A stretch of 64,000 nt of DNA from assembly GCA_964187785.1 (NCBI GenBank), contig OZ076409.1:29700001-29764000 (forward strand), written 5' to 3'. Positions 1-12,899 of this stretch are shown here, one piece after another. The DNA is from Amphiscolops sp. MND2022 (lineage: Eukaryota). The position numbers and the translations under genes were made by a program. The notes below the pieces were generated by a model. The model saw only the letters and a program-made list of their open reading frames with translations. It ran no database searches and was not told the DNA's origin. The stretch's first letter is position 1. Each line of letters opens with the position of its first letter.

Positions 1-3000
1 ACAATTAAACCAAAAAATGAAGCCATTAAAAGAATCCCATCACCAAAAGAAAAGAAAGATGTTATGCAATTTTAGGCAGTGTAAACTTTTATTCAAAATT
101 CATTGAAAAACTGCATTATTCAAAACCCTCAAACCATTATATACCTTATTACATGGTGGTGTTAAATTTCAATGGACACCCGAATCAGAGAAAATATTTC
201 AAGACCTTAAAAACAAAATGACAGCAGAAACTGAATTAACCATACCCATTACAAAACATCCATTTTTCATAACAGTTGATGCTTCCTTAGTTGGTTGAGG
301 CGCAGTTCTATTCCAAATGAATGAAGAAAATAAAATGAGAGTTGTTTCTTACAATTCACGGATCCTTGATACACAAGAACAAAAACTTTCAACACTAAAC
401 AGAGAACTCCTCGCAATAATTTATGCATTACAAAAATACGAATTTCTCATTATTGGATCCCCTCATCCCATATACATCTTCACAGATCACAAACCTTTTT
501 TACACTGTTTTGCAAAAAAGGGAAACCTTAGCCCAAGATTTTATAGAGCACAAATGCAACTAACAAAATTTTTCAAATTAAAAATCATTCATACTCCTGG
601 AAAAAATTTAACTGTAGCAGACATGCTTTCTAGAACCTTCACAAAGGAACAACTTCAAATACATCAATTACGACACAAACAATTGCCACCTCAAAAAGAT
701 TTCTCTATCATGAAAGATAACCAATTCAAACCTGTACACTATTTAGTAAAACATGAATAAATCAAATATAATCAAAAAAATGATTGCCATCCAATTCTCG
801 CTGATTATGGCGACGACCAATTTTCCATTCGTATAAATAACAAAAGAGAAGACATTCATATAAAACCCTTATATTCTTTTTCTTTTCAATCCATTGTTCC
901 ATTTGAAACTAAGTACAAGAGGCCTACAAAGAATCAAACAGAATCACTCTTACAACAATCAACTGTCCTCAATGACACTGAAATTCTTAGTGATGAAGAT
1001 GAACCAAATCAATCCCAAAATATGAAAAATCAAAACACAAACATATTGAAAGAACAAACCCTAGCAATACAGTACCCCACTAAATCTGATTACTGTAATC
1101 AACAAGTTCCATTTTTTGATCCATCTTTCTTCAAATACACAAGATACTTTCATTATTTCTTCCTAACAGAAGATACTCAATTAACAATTGAAACTATAAA
1201 ATCTCAACAAAAACAAGACCCTGTATTACAAAAGGTTTATCATTGGTTAAAGACTAATGAAAGACCTTTACAAATAGATCCAACAATAGCAAGTAATTCC
1301 TTCCTATCAGTTTACTACAAACTCTTCAATCAACTGTACATCAACCATGATACAAAAATCATTCATATAGATTACCCTAACATTCATGATTCACACCCAA
1401 ATCAACAAGACAAAATATGTTTACCATTTAAACTCTTTCATGCAGTTTTCAATAAATTTCATGCACATGGACACTCTGGAATTATAATATCCAGAAGAGC
1501 TTTCAATCAATTTTTATTTCTACCATTTTTAAATAAATGGATGTCAATATTCATTGATGATTAAATTGAATGTCAACAGAACAAACACATTAATCAAAAA
1601 ATTCAAACAGCAACAAAACAAACATTTTCAGAAAATGCTTCATTTTTCGATTACCGAATATCAATGGATACAAAAGGACCTATAAATCCACCATCAAAAC
1701 AAAACTTATGCATTCATGTGATAGTAGACGCCTCCAGTCATTTTGTTGTAACAATACCTGTTAAACAAAACAAGGCTCAAAACGCTGTCAATTTGTCAAT
1801 TCCATACTACATCATTGGATTACTAAATTTGGACCTCCCATATATCTAGTTACAGACCGTGGTTCGGAATACATTAATTCTGAATTTGCAAACCTTTGTA
1901 CCACAATGGGAATCAGACATTCACCAAGAACTCCTTATGCACCATGGACAAATGGTTTAGTAGGAAATCAAAACAAAACCCTTGGAACCCATCTCAGACT
2001 TTTTCTACATAACACACCAGAAACCTGGTCTACCCAAGTCCATATGTACGCTTATGCACGTAATTCCCAACCACTTTCTGAATAAAATCTTTCACCATAC
2101 GAAATAGTATTTCATACTATACCAAGAATCCCAATAAACATTGAACTCAATCTTCAAAGAGATACTTATAGAAACTGCACTTCTCAATACTGTCAAGACT
2201 TACCACTTCATACACATTATGACAAATCAAATTTAAACCCTTTCTTCCATAAAATCTTATCGAAACCAATCCCACAATGGATTTTGGCTACTAAAACTGC
2301 TATGATACAAATAAATCACACAGTCTATGAAAACATAAAAAGAAATTAAATCATTTGCTTATTTCAATAAAACATTCAATAATCCAAGACCCTTGGACAT
2401 TGGTACTTTTGTACTAAAGAGAAAAATTCTCCATGTTCATTTTTCAGATAAATTGAAACCTCTAAGAATTGGACCAATTAAAATCAATAATAAAACTTCT
2501 GACATTACATATGAAATTGTTAATCAAGATGGTTACACTTCTCATATTCACAGAAATCATTTAATTCCTTATTACCCAAAAGAACCATTTATTTTTCCTT
2601 TCATACAACAATATAACCCGTATCCAAATTATAATGAAAATGATAATAATGACTCGAATATAACTGACTCGATAGAGCCTTTTGATTCTTTTTCTGATGA
2701 AGAACAATCAGTTGAAAACGAAGACTACACATTCATAAATTCCAATAAAGTAATCGATATACCATCCACAATTGATTTTAAGCCAGAACCATTTAACCAA
2801 TACTCCTCATTTCGATAGCAACAAAACAAACAAAAAACCAATAAGACCAACCCAGAAAATCAATATGATATTCATGACTACGATAACTATATTAATCCCC
2901 GAAGACACACCTATGGCAGATACAATTTGCACCCACAACCACGAAAAGATTATCGACTTTTCCTTGGTGAAAAGGACATAATTTTATTTTATCAAAAATC

Positions 3001-3025
3001 CTGCTGAAAGAAAGTCTGAGCTGAA
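1..3025 (+). pseudogene. pol: Gypsy pol (RT thumb, RNase H, integrase), disrupted by stops and frameshifts
   Basis: LGSVNFYSKFI (RT thumb); VDASLVG..GAVLFQ, RELLAIIYAL, IFTDHKP, GKNLTVADMLSR (RNase H); HAHGHSG..ECQ (integrase Zn finger); SMDTKGP, LVTDRGSEY, PYAPWTNGLV (core); KLKPLRIGP..YEI..HRNHLIPY (GPY/F). Confidence 0.95.
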
Positions 3026-4567
3026 TAATAACAGAGAGTAATCTGGAGAAAGAAACATTAGAAAAATAGTAAAAGAAATTGAAATTGAAACATAAACTGA
3101 AATATAAAATAAAAATACTTCAAGATTGATAGACATAGACATTCACCTGCCTCAAACAGAAATAACTCATCATTTGGTTCAACTCATTCATTCCAAACAT
3201 TACCTGAATATGCCGCATATCTAAATTCAGATACAGACATACTGGATTCCTCGTCCTCAAATCATAGCCAAATCTGCTCCATATTCTCCTGATAGGGCAA
3301 CAGTAACGCCCAACAATACACCCATACTTCAAACTCAAACATCAGTAATAACAACTCAATCACAAAATAGTACAACTCAACCACAATATACTCAACAAAA
3401 CCTACCATTTTTAGAAACAAATTCACCAACAAGTGACTCCTGTGATGAATCACTCACAATTCAAAACAATGTACAAAATACTTCGAGTATCCTAAACAGA
3501 CCCCCTCTTCCACCAATTCCTACCACTCGTGCTCCTCATATCCCTGATCCTAGCTCAGTTCTTCAGTACGTTCATTCTTGTCCACATAGGATACCAACTG
3601 CAACAAAAACACCTAGAAAAACTTCTATACCAACATTACCAAAGAACCTTGCCCTACCATCAACAAGTAAAACCCCATTAAAAACTATATCAGAACATAT
3701 AGTTAATTCACCATCTGAACTAAGTTCATTTACGTTTTCTCAAGTGTACCCAAGACTAGAATTAGACCGCCTACAATCAAGCACTACTTCTTCCTTAACA
3801 GACTTATATTACGAAGATAAAGACTCTGATTCAACAGCTAGTACCAGGGTACCACGACATAGTTATAATCTCAGATCTCAATCACGAAGAAATTCTCAAG
3901 AATTACAATCTTTAACTAGTTCAAGTACAAACTCAAGATTAGTTAGACAACAAGCACAACCCAGATCAGAAACTCCTTCTCTTTCTTCATCTCACCCCAC
4001 TATACTATCTGCTCTACCACTACCATTCCAAGTCACATCAGGATTTGATACAGCATCCCTTCTCTCAGAGATCCTCAAACTATATCAGATAGTGCAGCAA
4101 ACTTTTCACGAGTTTATTCAACTAGTTCAATACTATCTGATTCATCCATACAATTACCCGAATATTTTTTAGAAGAATATTCGAGACTTCCTACACCAAA
4201 TCTACACGAATATCCTATTCGTGTTAACTCAAAGATTATTCGCAGTCTTAACAAAGATCCTCGATACACAGTACTCCCAGATAGATTTAAAAACAATACT
4301 TCTCTTTCAAACCCAAGAAAACAAAGAGAACTACGAGGATTACGAGAAGATCAATTATTATTAAAATTCGAAGTTGAAGTTATATTCAACTCCTTAAAAC
4401 CTCATCCATTTACTCTTTCAACAAGAGTAGCACATAAAACAACTCCCTCACCATTTGTAGTCACATCAATATCTTATCTTTGTGACGCTGATTTACCAGA
4501 AATTAGAACAAGTCTTATAAACTTCTTTGATCCCTTCTCAGGACTAAACTATAGAACTATATTTTAA
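3012..4567 (+). pseudogene. ORF-X between pol and env: S/T/P/Q-rich N-half plus probable globular C-terminal domain, unknown function
   Basis: Fragmented reading frames (incl. ORF 3744-4172) continuing to TAA at 4565-4567, two nt before the env ATG; contains RHSYNLRSQ; start inferred. Confidence 0.6.
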
Positions 4568-4569
4568 CC

Positions 4570-7137
4570 ATGAAAAAAATACTTTTCAACACATATTGTA
4601 TATATAATACACATTGTTAACTCTACATCAGTTCCTAAAGTTGATACAACAAATTCAGAAAATCATATTTCAGAACAAGATCCAATTATTTTAAACCTTC
4701 TGGTATCCCATTATAATTGTGCAAAACAAACCAACTTAAGACAATTTAGCTTACTAAATGTTGAACCATGTAAACAAGCACCCTCAGATATACAACACAC
4801 AAAAACCCAAGCAACAGTATATGTTAGAGCAAAAGCAAAAAGAATCAAAGCCTCCAAATGTGAAGCATATATAAAAACTGAAAAAGTTTGGTGTTCACAA
4901 ATATTTTCATCTAGTAGACGATATGATCGTTTACAATGGGAATAAAATACATTAGAACATCCAAAAATACTTGACCCTATTGAATGTAAAAATATGATAA
5001 GATATTTAAACGCGACCGATAGTAAAGAATTAAACAATTACAATATGCAAAGTTCCTTCTCATTTTTTGATGATAGTGTTCATCAAAATAAAATTGAACA
5101 AGTTCAACAACCATTTAGAGTAAAAAGATTAAATTCTTGGCAAATCGGAACGTTCGTATATGATGAACAATCTCCAGACTGGATAGTTAACTTCACACTT
5201 GTTCAAGATGTAGAAAAGACAGAGAACATTTAATCACTCGAAAAAGCTGGAAACTCAGAATAACTAATGCTGAAATAACATATGATGATAAAAACAATCA
5301 AATGATTCACGATGGATATATGATACCCTGTTACCATTCGGACGGATTTTGTAACCCAACAACAAGAACCCCATACACATTAATATGGTTTGATGAAACA
5401 TTTTGTCTCATATTTCGATCACAAGAAGTCATTGGAAGAATGACAAGGATTAAAGACCGATTTTGGATAGAAAATGATCACTTCATCGAATCCTCAAACA
5501 TTACACAAACCCTTCAAAACGAAGGAATACAAGGAACAAAATATCCCAATGTCAAAACACCACAATCAACTGTAGACAATCCAAGTCTTTCTCAATTTGA
5601 GATATACCCAATTGCACAAACCTTTTGTGGGCAACCAGAACCATTATATTCAACACAATATGACGACATCTTTGTTACATACTTAGATGGTTTTGATATG
5701 AATAATGGGCAACCGAGACCACACTCAATAATAGAACAAAACATTAGTGGAAGAATACAATTTGATACTTCTAATCAAAAATATATATATTCCCAGCACT
5801 AAATGTATCAAATAATTTCGCCACCCTAGACTATGATGCTCATATCAATACAAAAATTGACTTCACAATAAATCACGTATTTAAATCTATGACAGTACAA
5901 GAATTAAATACTCTTCACACAGTATGTGAATTAGAAAGAACACAATGGTTAACAATCTTAGCTATGTCAGTTAAGAATCCTCAATTAACCGGTTTTCTTT
6001 TAACTGGAAGTCGTAATAACTTCCTCTATGTTGAAGGATCTACAGCATGGATGTATGATTGCCCTCATTTTATATCACCACTATACAAAGCAGATAAATG
6101 CTTTGATTGAATTCCCATACACTATAGAGAAACTATATTGTATGTAGACCCCATAACAAGACAAACTTTTAATTATGCAACACCAATAGAATGTGGAAAT
6201 AACCCGCAAAATATTATTGAATTAGACCCAGACACAGATGGCGGAATTTTTTTATGTGTTAACACCAGACCCGCTCAAAAGATAAGCACCACAAAGGTTC
6301 AAACATACTCAAATTAAGACAACAATAACACCCAATTCATTTACCGCACAAGATGCTGGTATATACTCCAATGCAGAATTAGATTAATTCTGGAACAGAG
6401 TATTATTCGCAAAACACTCAGATACAACTCTCCAATTACTCGGAAAATCATTAAGTTATGATTTCATTACAGTACATAATGAACAACACTCCCACACAGG
6501 ATCAAATCCTTATAATCATTTAGGGATTGGATTACATGATCACCTGTTAAACCTCTTACCACTTTTCAACCCTGACTGGTTCAGTCAAGCTTTCATCAAT
6601 TTCTTTGGATATCCATGTTATGTTCTAACACAATGTGGAATTTATTTCTCCACCTTTCTTTTCTTTAGAGAAGTTTTAAGTTTTCTACTTAAATTCTACA
6701 GAACAATCACTATAAAATATAGTCTCCAAAGCAACATTTCCGTTTTCAGTTCAATAGCCCATGGATTTTTTAATATAGTTACATCGGAAATGGTTACTGA
6801 TTTGAACAATACTGGAAAACGCAAACGGATATAAACTAAACACAAATCTACCACAAGTGAAAATGATAATATCCTGTTGTCCGACAAAGAATTACAAAAG
6901 AAAATGAGAAGATACTCCGATAGTGACTCCCTTTATTTACCTCCTAAATATACAAGTAAGAATTCAACCCTTCAATCACCAAAAAGGACACACCCCAGTA
7001 AAATTAATGATATTAGTTCACCTCAAATTTCTCAGGCTTATGACCCCATAGTACAAAATGTAATAGCTTTACCAGAAAGCCCCGCAAAAGTCTTTATAAA
7101 ATTCAACTCCTTCCTAATAAGAAAAATATTCAAATAA
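4570..7137 (+). pseudogene. env: Envelope glycoprotein, chuvirus-like/class III fusion protein, disrupted
   Basis: LVSHYNCAK..RQFSLLNVEPCK; KCEAY..VWCS; IPCYHSDGFCNP..TLIWFDETFC; VCELERTQWLTILAMSVKNPQL..EGSTAWMYDCP..ADKCFD.IPIHY..YVDPITRQTFNYATPIECG; hydrophobic C-terminal segment (FFGYPCYVLTQCGIYFSTFLFF) then cytoplasmic tail. Confidence 0.8.
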
Positions 7138-7208
7138 AACAAATTAAACCCAAAGTTTAAAATATCAACAACCAATAACTCCACAATTTAACTTCCATTC
7201 TACCCAAA

Positions 7209-7443
7209 ATGTCTCACTTGGACAAGTTGCCCACCTCAACTCAACCAAACGACTTCACTTGGAACTTCACACCCCACTTGGCAAAATTCGTCGCTCCCTG
7301 TAAACAGCAAATTACAGAAATCACAGACGTTTCTATTCCAGGAATAGATGCCACTGTAATTGTTGGTGTTTTGACCCACAACTAATATTCCAATATTGTA
7401 AGTACAATTGAAACTTTTATTATCAAAAATCTAAACAAGTGAA
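7209..7443 (+). pseudogene. Short accessory ORF-A downstream of env
   Basis: ATG 7209, MSHLDKLPTSTQPNDFTWNFTPHLAKFVAPCKQQITEITDVSIPGIDATVIVGV, internal stop at ~7384. Confidence 0.4.
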
Positions 7444-7550
7444 CAAAAACACTTAAAAAGGATTAACACTTTAATTTGTTTTAACTTAACTTTATCATTT
7501 GTTAAACAAAAGTATTATTTTAGCGCTACAAATGCAAGCAAGTTAAAATA

Positions 7551-8837
7551 ATGGAATCCTTGCCCGAAATTGATGTAGTTAACTCTACTTCATCCTAATT
7601 GCTTGCATCCCCTTTGAATAAAACTATACAACAAAATGTTAACGAAGATAATAATTCATCTTCACAAGAACCCATAGAAACTATCCCAGTAGAACAAATT
7701 GACCATTTCAACGAAAAATCTCAAAAAAGAAAATATCCAGACATAATCGCCGATAAACCTTTTATGGAATCTGGTGCCTGCCCTCCTTTCATAAAGCCAT
7801 TAAAACAAGATGAAAATCGAGATTGTGATTTAATTCCCATCTTATCAACAAGACAATTCACATTTCAATCCCATCTAACCTCTTTGTATATGGTTCCAAC
7901 GAAATACAAATTCATTATCAGAGAATTCAAAAATGATTATCATACCTCAATTGCTTCAAAATTAATCACCACATTTGATTGGTGGTTAAATAATAAAGTG
8001 TAAGTTTTCTCATTTCAATACAAATTCCTAAGACCATCTCCATATGATCTTAGAACTGAAGAGAACGATGCTAATTTCTTGCCATATCAAATAAAGAAAG
8101 CTCATCATATTACATACCAGAAATTCCTCCAATACAAAGAACCTGAAAATTATATCTTCTTCAACTCGAAATATACCTCACTTTTCACTTTCAACTCAGA
8201 ATATCTAATAGATCATACCAAAATAAAAAGAAAACTCAGAAATTATGACCCATTGAAACAAAGATTTCGCTTTCTTCCAAATGAGAATCCAAAAAGACCA
8301 ATCATAGTACCACAAGAATATCTCATCTTGAATGATGACTCGCTCTTACAAGAAGATATACCTCAATGTATATCAGACCCTCTTCCTCCAATTCAACCGA
8401 TAGCTTTCCAACCTCTTAGAGACTGTGAAAAATCTTATTACTACGCCTTAGCAAAAAAGGGATACTCCCATAATGAACTATTATTCATCATTTCTCATCT
8501 CATCTCAGTTCTTACAAAAGGAAATACTAAAGAACACAAAAAGACAAATCAAGAACTTCCAAAGAAATTAGCAATTGACACTCCTAAACCAGAAAGTTTT
8601 CCACCCACTGAAGAAATGCAAAAATATAAAGAAATAATGGAAATTTTAAAACCATATCATAACCCAAAAAAGGATATCCTCATTACAATCGCTGCTATTG
8701 TAAATACTCTTGAACAAGCCCGAGATCTAATGCAAAATATGGCGTTTGATACGACAAGAGTTAGCCAATCAGCTTCGTGTATACGCACATCCTTAGATGA
8801 AATCAACTACATATTTGAAAATATTCAACAATCTTAA
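7551..8837 (+). pseudogene. Accessory ORF-B (~429 codons), unknown function
   Basis: ATG 7551 and ORF pieces 7599-8003 and 8079-8837 share one frame broken by single stops; helical-looking C-terminus. Confidence 0.65.
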
Positions 8838-8988
8838 CTGGTAATTATGGAATAAAAGCTTTAAAATTTTAACACTTATCTCTTAATCCCTTACCAACCT
8901 TGTTAAAATAAATTGAATTTACCTATTTATGCTTGCTATGCATGATTATAGTTAACCAATAGAATACATTTATTCCAGTATAACATAA

Positions 8989-10120
8989 ATGTTCACTGCG
9001 GACAAAAAAACTTTTAACAAAACTCCTCAAATTTTTCAACTTTTGATGAACCGATTTTAACAACTTTTGATGAGACCCCAAATGAAAGATATTTAAATGC
9101 TCTTCAAAAGACTTCCAAAATACGCCATCTTAATCCTTAAATTTAAAAAGATAGAACACAATAAAATACATCATAAAAATGACGAGAAAACAAATTTATT
9201 TAAAAAGGAAATTTAATGTGAACAAACTAATCTATTTTACGTGAAAATCGTCAAACTTCTTTCTTCCATCAACTCACCGATTTACTGCCTCTCCAAAACA
9301 ACAAATCTTCCAAGATTATCCATTACAACTTCTCCATTTCAACCACGATGACTTCTCAGGATACATCCAAAGTTGAATTTCCAATTGCTTCCACTCGACT
9401 CCGATCTCTTATTCTGAAGAAACATATATCAACGTTATATACCCAGCTTACACACGAGAAAAAAGCAGACCCCATTCTAACACGAATGATTCTCTTCAAC
9501 ACGTTCCAAATATTTCAAATCAACAAAATAAACTTTGAGCAATACCTTAAAATGCATAATCACCCTGATAAATTCATTCAAAAAAGTGACTCCATAACTC
9601 AGACGGATTATACTACTATCCGACCAAAACCCTTTCCCAGAAACTTATCCAATAGAATGCGTACCCCAATAGAAAAGAAAGATCTAGTACAATATTGGCC
9701 ATCGGATGACAACGATTCCACCGATGATGAACTTCAAAAAGACCCCCCTGAAGCACTTCTTAACCAAAACTCTCATTACAAGACCTATACTTACGTCGCC
9801 TTTTAAAGTAAATCCCGATTGTTACAGCACAACATCAGCTGTCCGGACTGGACTCCCTAATATTGCCATCTGAGCAGTTTGCAGTGACGACTCCAAAAGA
9901 CGATTCCACACCCTTCCAAGATGACACCATCAACTCTTCCATGCTGACCCCACCATCGAATCTTCCAAGCTGATCCCACCATCAATCCAGCAATTCCAAC
10001 AACCAAGAAGATCCAAAAAGATGATAATGTGAATAGCGACAAATAAATGAGAAGACAATAGAAACATTGTACTTGATAGAACTTGAAAAACTTTCAAAAG
10101 ATAATGACGATAATTTTACT
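8989..10120 (+). pseudogene. Accessory ORF-C, fragmented, unknown function
   Basis: ATG 8989, ORF 9348-9806, acidic/Pro-rich continuation to ~10120; same strand and composition as the element. Confidence 0.5.
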
Positions 10121-10134
10121 TTAATGTGTATATA

Positions 10135-10790
10135 ATGAATACAAATAAAACTTCCCCCCGTATTTGTTTGCCCTAATTTACAATGATATTTATCCCATAC
10201 CGATATTTAATTGCCCACGTTTCAACGAAAATTTATAATTTTTCGGTGCTTTTCTTTCCCATGAATAAAAAGAATTCAATCATATGTTAACAAAAACCTT
10301 TTCAAAATTTCAACAAAATTAGCTCAAAAGTTGATCAAGCACATTGTTCAATTTCAAAGCCCACTTTCTCAAAGATTTCAACAATTCTTACATAACAAAC
10401 CCGCCAAAGTTGAAAACAACCTGAAATCTTTTCAGACAGTTTTCATACTTGATGCAAAAATTTTTAAACAACAATTCTCATTGACCCTTTGACCTTTAAC
10501 TCATATGATGTTTGCTCACGATTTGTCAAATGCGAAGCCAGTTCAATAGATTCAACAAAGGCATAGAACCGAGCCGCTACGAGTTCAAAAACTTAGGCCC
10601 GAAAGAATAGTGAAACAGACCACTTTGAAAACTTTGAACTATAGTCGCACATATGAGGTCTAATGAAGTTGTCACATATTTTGATAGACAACTCGAGGTC
10701 TACCATTGAGTCGAACTCTCACCAACCTAGAAGACACTTATGCCAATCATCCATCAAATAAAAAATTGAACTAGCTGAAACGCTAAAAAC
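10135..10790 (+). pseudogene. Possible accessory ORF-D, heavily decayed
   Basis: Coding-like fragments between ORF-C and the PPT; boundaries approximate. Confidence 0.3.
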
Positions 10791-10856
10791 ATTTGAACAA
10801 AAAATTTTTCCACTTTGTTTTATTCATTTGATATTATGTAAAATTTTAATTTATTT

Positions 10857-10935
10857 AAAAACCCGGGATGGATGTACTGACCTACATTAATAACCAAAAG
10901 TATTTAGATGTTTATAGATTGTTCTAGATTGTACA
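10857..10935 (+). promoter_or_regulatory. Putative polypurine tract and first ~63 bp of element A 3' LTR
   Basis: aaaaacccgggatgga followed by TGTA at 10873; cut at 10936 by an unrelated LTR. Confidence 0.55.
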
Positions 10936-12150
10936 TGTTGTGACCATCATCACTCTCACAAGGTTCAATTGAACTTTCTCTGAGGTGATTATTATAGTAA
11001 CTCTTCGTAGAAATAATTTTAGGAAAATCTACACGTGTTTTGCGGTTAGTTTCACAATTCTGAGCCATTGGGTCGTTTTTGCTCAAATGCGGTCCGTCTG
11101 ACCTAGGGTCACATTGCTGGGCCATTTGACCAATCCTGCTCGAATGCAGTCCGTATGACCGAAGGCCCCATTTTGTGTTTGGTTTTAGCTGGTCTGAATG
11201 CATTTTCTATCGTTGGAAGTATCTTTTCTGCTATAGCCGAGTTAATTACTTCTAACATCTGAGCATTTATGCCAGATTTGAGTTCCTTCAATGGTCTTGA
11301 CACTTGGGACAAAATGTAGGAATCTTTTGTTCTACAGGTTTCCTAATTTAAACCACTATTTTCACTAAGTTAAAGCTTGTGTAAAACCTGAATTCCTGAT
11401 CATGATGGTTTAATCCTTGATCCTGTCTATTTGACCTTAGGCCCACTTCATTCTCACTGTTTTTTTCTTGTACTTCATAGTTATCCCTTGGATCACTGTC
11501 TAACATAACATCCATGTTTTGATGGTCAGACATTACGTCTGATTGCCTGGAAAGCTTTTCTTTTGCTTCCTGTTTCTTTGTTGAAAGCAAAACAATAAAG
11601 TGATTCGTTTACAACAGTGAATTGACAAAGTCAAAATATAGCAAATTGATCAATAATGAGTATAGAGTATCGATAGTATCAACAATGAATTTTTCAGTAA
11701 TAAGTTCCAAGTATATATAGATTAAACACCATGACATTCACGATTTTGGTCATCAGGTAGCTGAATTTGAAGTGAGATAATTCTAAAATTAGCTTTGGCC
11801 CCGTTATTAGGTCATCAGTTTCTGAAAATAGATTAGTGCACCAGACATTACGTCATTTTGGGATGGGAGATATAAATAGCATCAAACAAGTAGCGTATTA
11901 ACTTGAATATTACTAATTCTAGATTCAAAGCAACATTTCATGTAGCGGTAGCATCAATATTTAACAACTCACTAATTCTGACCGAGCGTCAGCATGATTG
12001 CAGTGAATGGCTTGTACTGAATTCTGATTGGCTGGAATGTGTTTGAACCGTGCGTCAACTTGACTGTATCATTGATTTAGTTGAACGCGTTTCCTTGTTT
12101 CTAGCCCATTTTACCAGCTATTAAAGCACCTTTCAACTTGTTTTACAGCA
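10936..12150 (-). mobile_element. LTR of family B (~1.2 kb) containing a decayed gag-like N-terminal ORF (11590 towards 10936)
   Basis: Minus-strand termini TGCTGTAA...TCACAACA (imperfect inverted repeat); ORF pieces LSTKKQEAKEKLSRQSDVMSD.. and ..LEVINSAIAEKILPTIEN; no TSD found. Confidence 0.55.
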
Positions 12151-12899
12151 TAATTACGAATCTGTTACACTCAAAGTATCTGCCGCATTGTCGATGTTTT
12201 AGAGTTACTAAGCAAACATTAAACAAAATAACATCAAAGTAAGTATTTGGAATAATTTAAGAAAACAAATTGCCGTCAAGTTGACCTTCGGTCAATATTA
12301 GAAAATATTACATGTTGATTAAAATCACTATTGTACGACTTTTAACGGTATAATTGCGTATCATTTTGTTGTTTGAAGGCTCCAAGAGGCTTAAAATGTT
12401 TCCTATTTAGGCAAGACTCTCGGTTTAGGGGTACTTTGATTGTTATCCTGCAAAATTTGGTAGAATATGCCGTAGCAGGCGGCAGCCTGCGACATATGAA
12501 GCTACCAAAGTACCCGCCCAAATCTAAAAATTTTCATAACACGAGACAAAACGGACACACCATCAAAACCTATAAACAAAAAGTTGAAGAATGCTGGTTA
12601 GCTTTCGTGCGTTGCGATGATCGACGTTAACACGACTGACGAAATAGCTGATAAATTGTAGAAAATGACTGACTTTCGAAGAGTTTCTGGAACTCGGTGC
12701 AGAATGGAAAACAAATTACACGTCAACTAGTTTTTAGTCGGCACTCTTCGTAGAAAACGCAGACTATAGAACTGGCTTTCCTTTTTTTAAGACCAACGAG
12801 GTGACTGATTTTATAAGCTTTATAAGCTGTTTCTGCCACTAATTGCCATTAAACTCGTAATTTCTACTGCCACTTGTAATTTTGAGGTTTGTTTGAGAT

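Larger units (their letters stand above)
1..10935 (+). mobile_element. Complex env-bearing Ty3/Gypsy LTR retroelement A (5' part outside window; 3' LTR interrupted)
   Basis: RT-RNaseH-integrase order, then colinear same-strand ORFs including an env, uniform A/C-rich G-poor plus strand across the span, ending at purine-rich tract + TGTA at 10873. Confidence 0.85.
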
